A stretch of DNA of 64,000 nucleotides from a virus (taxonomy: Duplodnaviria; Caudoviricetes). Below the pieces are notes generated by a model that worked only from the letters and a program-made list of their open reading frames with translations, made no database searches and had not been told where the DNA came from. The DNA is taken from positions 76,993 through 140,992 of IMG/VR virus record IMGVR_UViG_2852743531_000003; one strand, 5' to 3'. This document shows, one piece after another, positions 61,258 to 64,000 of this stretch (position 1 is the stretch's first letter; every line of letters starts with the position of its first letter). Position numbers and translations under genes: made by a program.

Positions 61258-62459
61258 TAGACCTCCATCTGGGAAGACGACCACGCTTGAACAAACTGTG
61301 AGTCGATGTGCCTGACCAACTGATCCATCGGATCCTTGAATCGCGTGTATGCGGCGACGCTGCCTTCGGGCTTCGTTAGGTCATAGACGGTAGAAAGCTG
61401 AGCAGATGCGCTCTTGGGGACGACCGACTCTGGGATTTCATACGGAAGAACGCGATCCCCGTACGCCTTTTGTAGCCAGCCCCGAACAACGCCGGAAAGA
61501 TCATCGTTCTTGGATTTCGTCAGGACGACATTCACAAAATCGAAGTTCTTCGTCTCGCGCATTGCCGGAACGTGGCGCGCCATTTCCGTGAAGAGGAACC
61601 AGAATTGCGTTGAACTCGCGAAATCGAGGCCCTCAGGCGGGCAGGGCATCAATAGTCCGTCAGCCGCCATCAGAGCATTGATGGTCAAATAACTCAGAGA
61701 GGGCGGGGTGTCGACGATAATGGCGTCGTATCTGTCCTTGATGTCGACCAGTCCTTGATTCAGGATGTTCCAGAACGCGAACTCGTGGTCGCTGGCCAGC
61801 TTGCCCGGAATATGAAACTCAGCGCTGAAGAGTCCAGATGACGCAGGGATCAAGTCTAAGTCTTGCCAGTAGGTTTCTTGAATTGCGTAGTCCAGCCCCG
61901 TCTCATCCCCATAGATCAGAGGCATTAGCGTCCTTTCTTCGCCGATTTCAGTCTCGGGGGAGAAGCCACAAAGTTGTGTTGCGGTACCTTGCGGATCACA
62001 GTCAATGACCAGAACTTTTCGGCCGCGCAAAGTGAGTCCCTGTGCAAGGGAGACGGCGGTTGTGGTCTTCGCTACACCACCCTTGAAGTTGGCGACGGTC
62101 ACAACCTTACCGGGCGCGTTTTGTGGTCGCGCAGGACGATTGCCAGCAGCGCGGATGTAACGTAACGTTTCGTCCAAGGTAAAGGTCTTGCTCTTGCCGT
62201 TTCCGACTGATGTGCCAGCGGGGAGGTCTCCCTTCGTGGTCAGGTACTGAAATCGCAGTTTCTCAAGTCCACAAAGGTTGGCGACCTGTGCGCTGGTGAA
62301 TGTGGGTGGGCGCTTGCGCGGGTATGGTTCAAGCATCCGGTCGCGAATTTGATTGAGAACCCCAGCCGCGCGCTCGGCCACGTCGGACAAGGTGTCCATG
62401 GATGCGGCAAAGTCCAGCGCAGGCGGCAGTTTGGTAGCGAGCAAAGTGCTTGCATTCAC
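61257..62459 (-). CDS. parA: type Ia ParA partition ATPase
   Basis: N-terminal HTH extension; NFKGGVAKTT; IDCDPQG; DTPP. Confidence 0.93.
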   Translation of the reverse strand: MNASTLLATKLPPALDFAASMDTLSDVAERAAGVLNQIRDRMLEPYPRKRPPTFTSAQVANLCGLEKLRFQYLTTKGDLPAGTSVGNGKSKTFTLDETLRYIRAAGNRPARPQNAPGKVVTVANFKGGVAKTTTAVSLAQGLTLRGRKVLVIDCDPQGTATQLCGFSPETEIGEERTLMPLIYGDETGLDYAIQETYWQDLDLIPASSGLFSAEFHIPGKLASDHEFAFWNILNQGLVDIKDRYDAIIVDTPPSLSYLTINALMAADGLLMPCPPEGLDFASSTQFWFLFTEMARHVPAMRETKNFDFVNVVLTKSKNDDLSGVVRGWLQKAYGDRVLPYEIPESVVPKSASAQLSTVYDLTKPEGSVAAYTRFKDPMDQLVRHIDSQFVQAWSSSQMEV

Positions 62460-63658
62460 GAGAGATACCTCTTGATTGTGGATTCCTCGGTTTTCAAAAA
62501 AATCACCATGTACCGAAGAATGTGTCGCACGACAGAATTTTGGTGAACTCTAGCCGGTAAACGGGGTGAGAGCAAGTTAACTTTCCTCCGGCCAAGCCCC
62601 GTCGGGTAAGGTGTTGGCGGGAAAAGCTAGAGATCGGTTGAAGATCAGACCAATCCGTGAAACATCGTTGAAAAAAGAATGAGGGGCGCGAACCCTTTAT
62701 GGATCATGGGCTTGCGCCGAAAACCGTGAATTGTTCCACGCAGAAAAAGGGCAGGGCGGGCTCCAGTTGCCCATGATGGCGCGATAATGCGTTCGCAAAC
62801 CCGAACCGGAGCTTGGAGCGGCGATAATGTATTGTTCGTTACGTAAGTTGTAGTTTCGGTATTGATGGATGATTTGAAGCGGTTCGCATGCACGTAGGGC
62901 TGCGGATCGCAGCCGATGCGGGCAGGGCATCTAGACACGGACGGCGCTGGATCGATCGATCCGGACAGCTGAGCCCGTGAGTGGGGCGGGCAGGTCAGAG
63001 GGCGACCTGCCGATGAAGCGGGGAAGGGTCGTTGAAGCGGTAAGTACAGAGTTCGTCGATATCGAAGTGTTGGAGGATTGGGAAGGTCAAAGCAGTATCG
63101 TGGTTTGCATGGTCCACTCCAGCACAGAATCACTCAGGCCAGTATTTTCTGCTGGCATCGCCCCTCGTCATCCGGGCACCTGACATCTCATCGAAGCATA
63201 TCCGATCGTGCCCGGCATCGTATGGGAAGGTCGCGCTCCAGCTCATCACTTCCACCACATCAGTGAACGGGCGCGTCCGTTTGTGTGGCAACGCGCAAGA
63301 GGTAGGGGATGACAGCACAGGAACTGAAAGAAACGGAGAAGGTCACGTTGCGGGTCGAACGTGCGATCCCGCTCTGGGGTGTATTAACCGGGATGGGGGT
63401 GTTGATCGCGACCGGCGTGACCGTTATATAGCACGTTGCCGATATCGCGCATGACGTTGCGACGATGCGTGATATCGGTCTTTAGATACGGGCGGAACTG
63501 AAGGAAGAGAACGTTCGAATGGCAGCAATGATGCGCGGCTGACGCGCGTCGAAACACTGACGCAGGAACATCAGCAGGCGATAGATCGCCATTGCGACAA
63601 AAGGTCCAGGGCGGCCTCACAATAGATAGGCATTTCAAACGATCCCATCAGGAGTGGT

Positions 63659-64000
63659 GTGAGAAGAAGCAAAGAGAACAAGCTTGAGGTTGTTGGCGTG
63701 CGGCTCGATCCGGCCATAGCGCATCGGTTGCGCTTGCTGGCCTCGGTTACTGGCCGCAAACAGTCAGTGTTCCTTCAGCAGATTATTGAACAGGGAATCG
63801 GCGCGATTGAAGAAGTGAACCTGCCGCCAGAGATGGTCGAACAGATTCGCGGGGGGAACCTGCCACCTGTGCCGGGCGAAACGGTAACAGTTAGCGAGCC
63901 AGATCTTTTCGGGACGGCCTCAGTGGAGGCGGTGCCGAAAATGCCGCGGCGACCGCGGGAGAAGAGGAGGGTAGAAGAGGGCGAGCGCCCGACAGATTGA
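63659..64000 (+). CDS. ribbon-helix-helix (CopG-like) DNA-binding protein
   Basis: VGVRLD...HRL..LA..TGR.QS.FL..II. Confidence 0.6.
   Translation: MRRSKENKLEVVGVRLDPAIAHRLRLLASVTGRKQSVFLQQIIEQGIGAIEEVNLPPEMVEQIRGGNLPPVPGETVTVSEPDLFGTASVEAVPKMPRRPREKRRVEEGERPTD

Noticed and set aside
1-64000. CRISPR array, tRNA/rRNA, IS elements, integrase/att sites
   Set aside because: None recognised by eye; tRNAscan, CRISPR and IS searches were not run

Overview
GC-rich, Burkholderiaceae-like 64 kb window. About 57 kb is an apparently intact, syntenic core of a phiKZ-like nucleus-forming jumbo phage (Chimalliviridae). It includes tail tube and sheath, virion proteins, large terminase, PhuZ tubulin, a family-B DNA polymerase subunit, chimallin (nuclear shell), four putative non-virion RNA polymerase subunits, a PicA/Imp1-position protein, an SbcD-like nuclease and an SF2 helicase. 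This core runs directly into a plasmid maintenance cassette (parA-parB-[antisense RNA]-HTH rep, repABC-like layout). Bacterial-type cargo sits between phage blocks: a vgrG-effector-immunity trio, a SET-domain methyltransferase and a degenerate His-phosphatase. A repeated TATATCAC-N6-G motif precedes many phage transcription units. Best interpretation: a plasmid-maintained (phage-plasmid) nucleus-forming jumbo phage. All family calls come from motifs and remembered gene order, not database searches. phiKZ gp numbers are positional equivalents.
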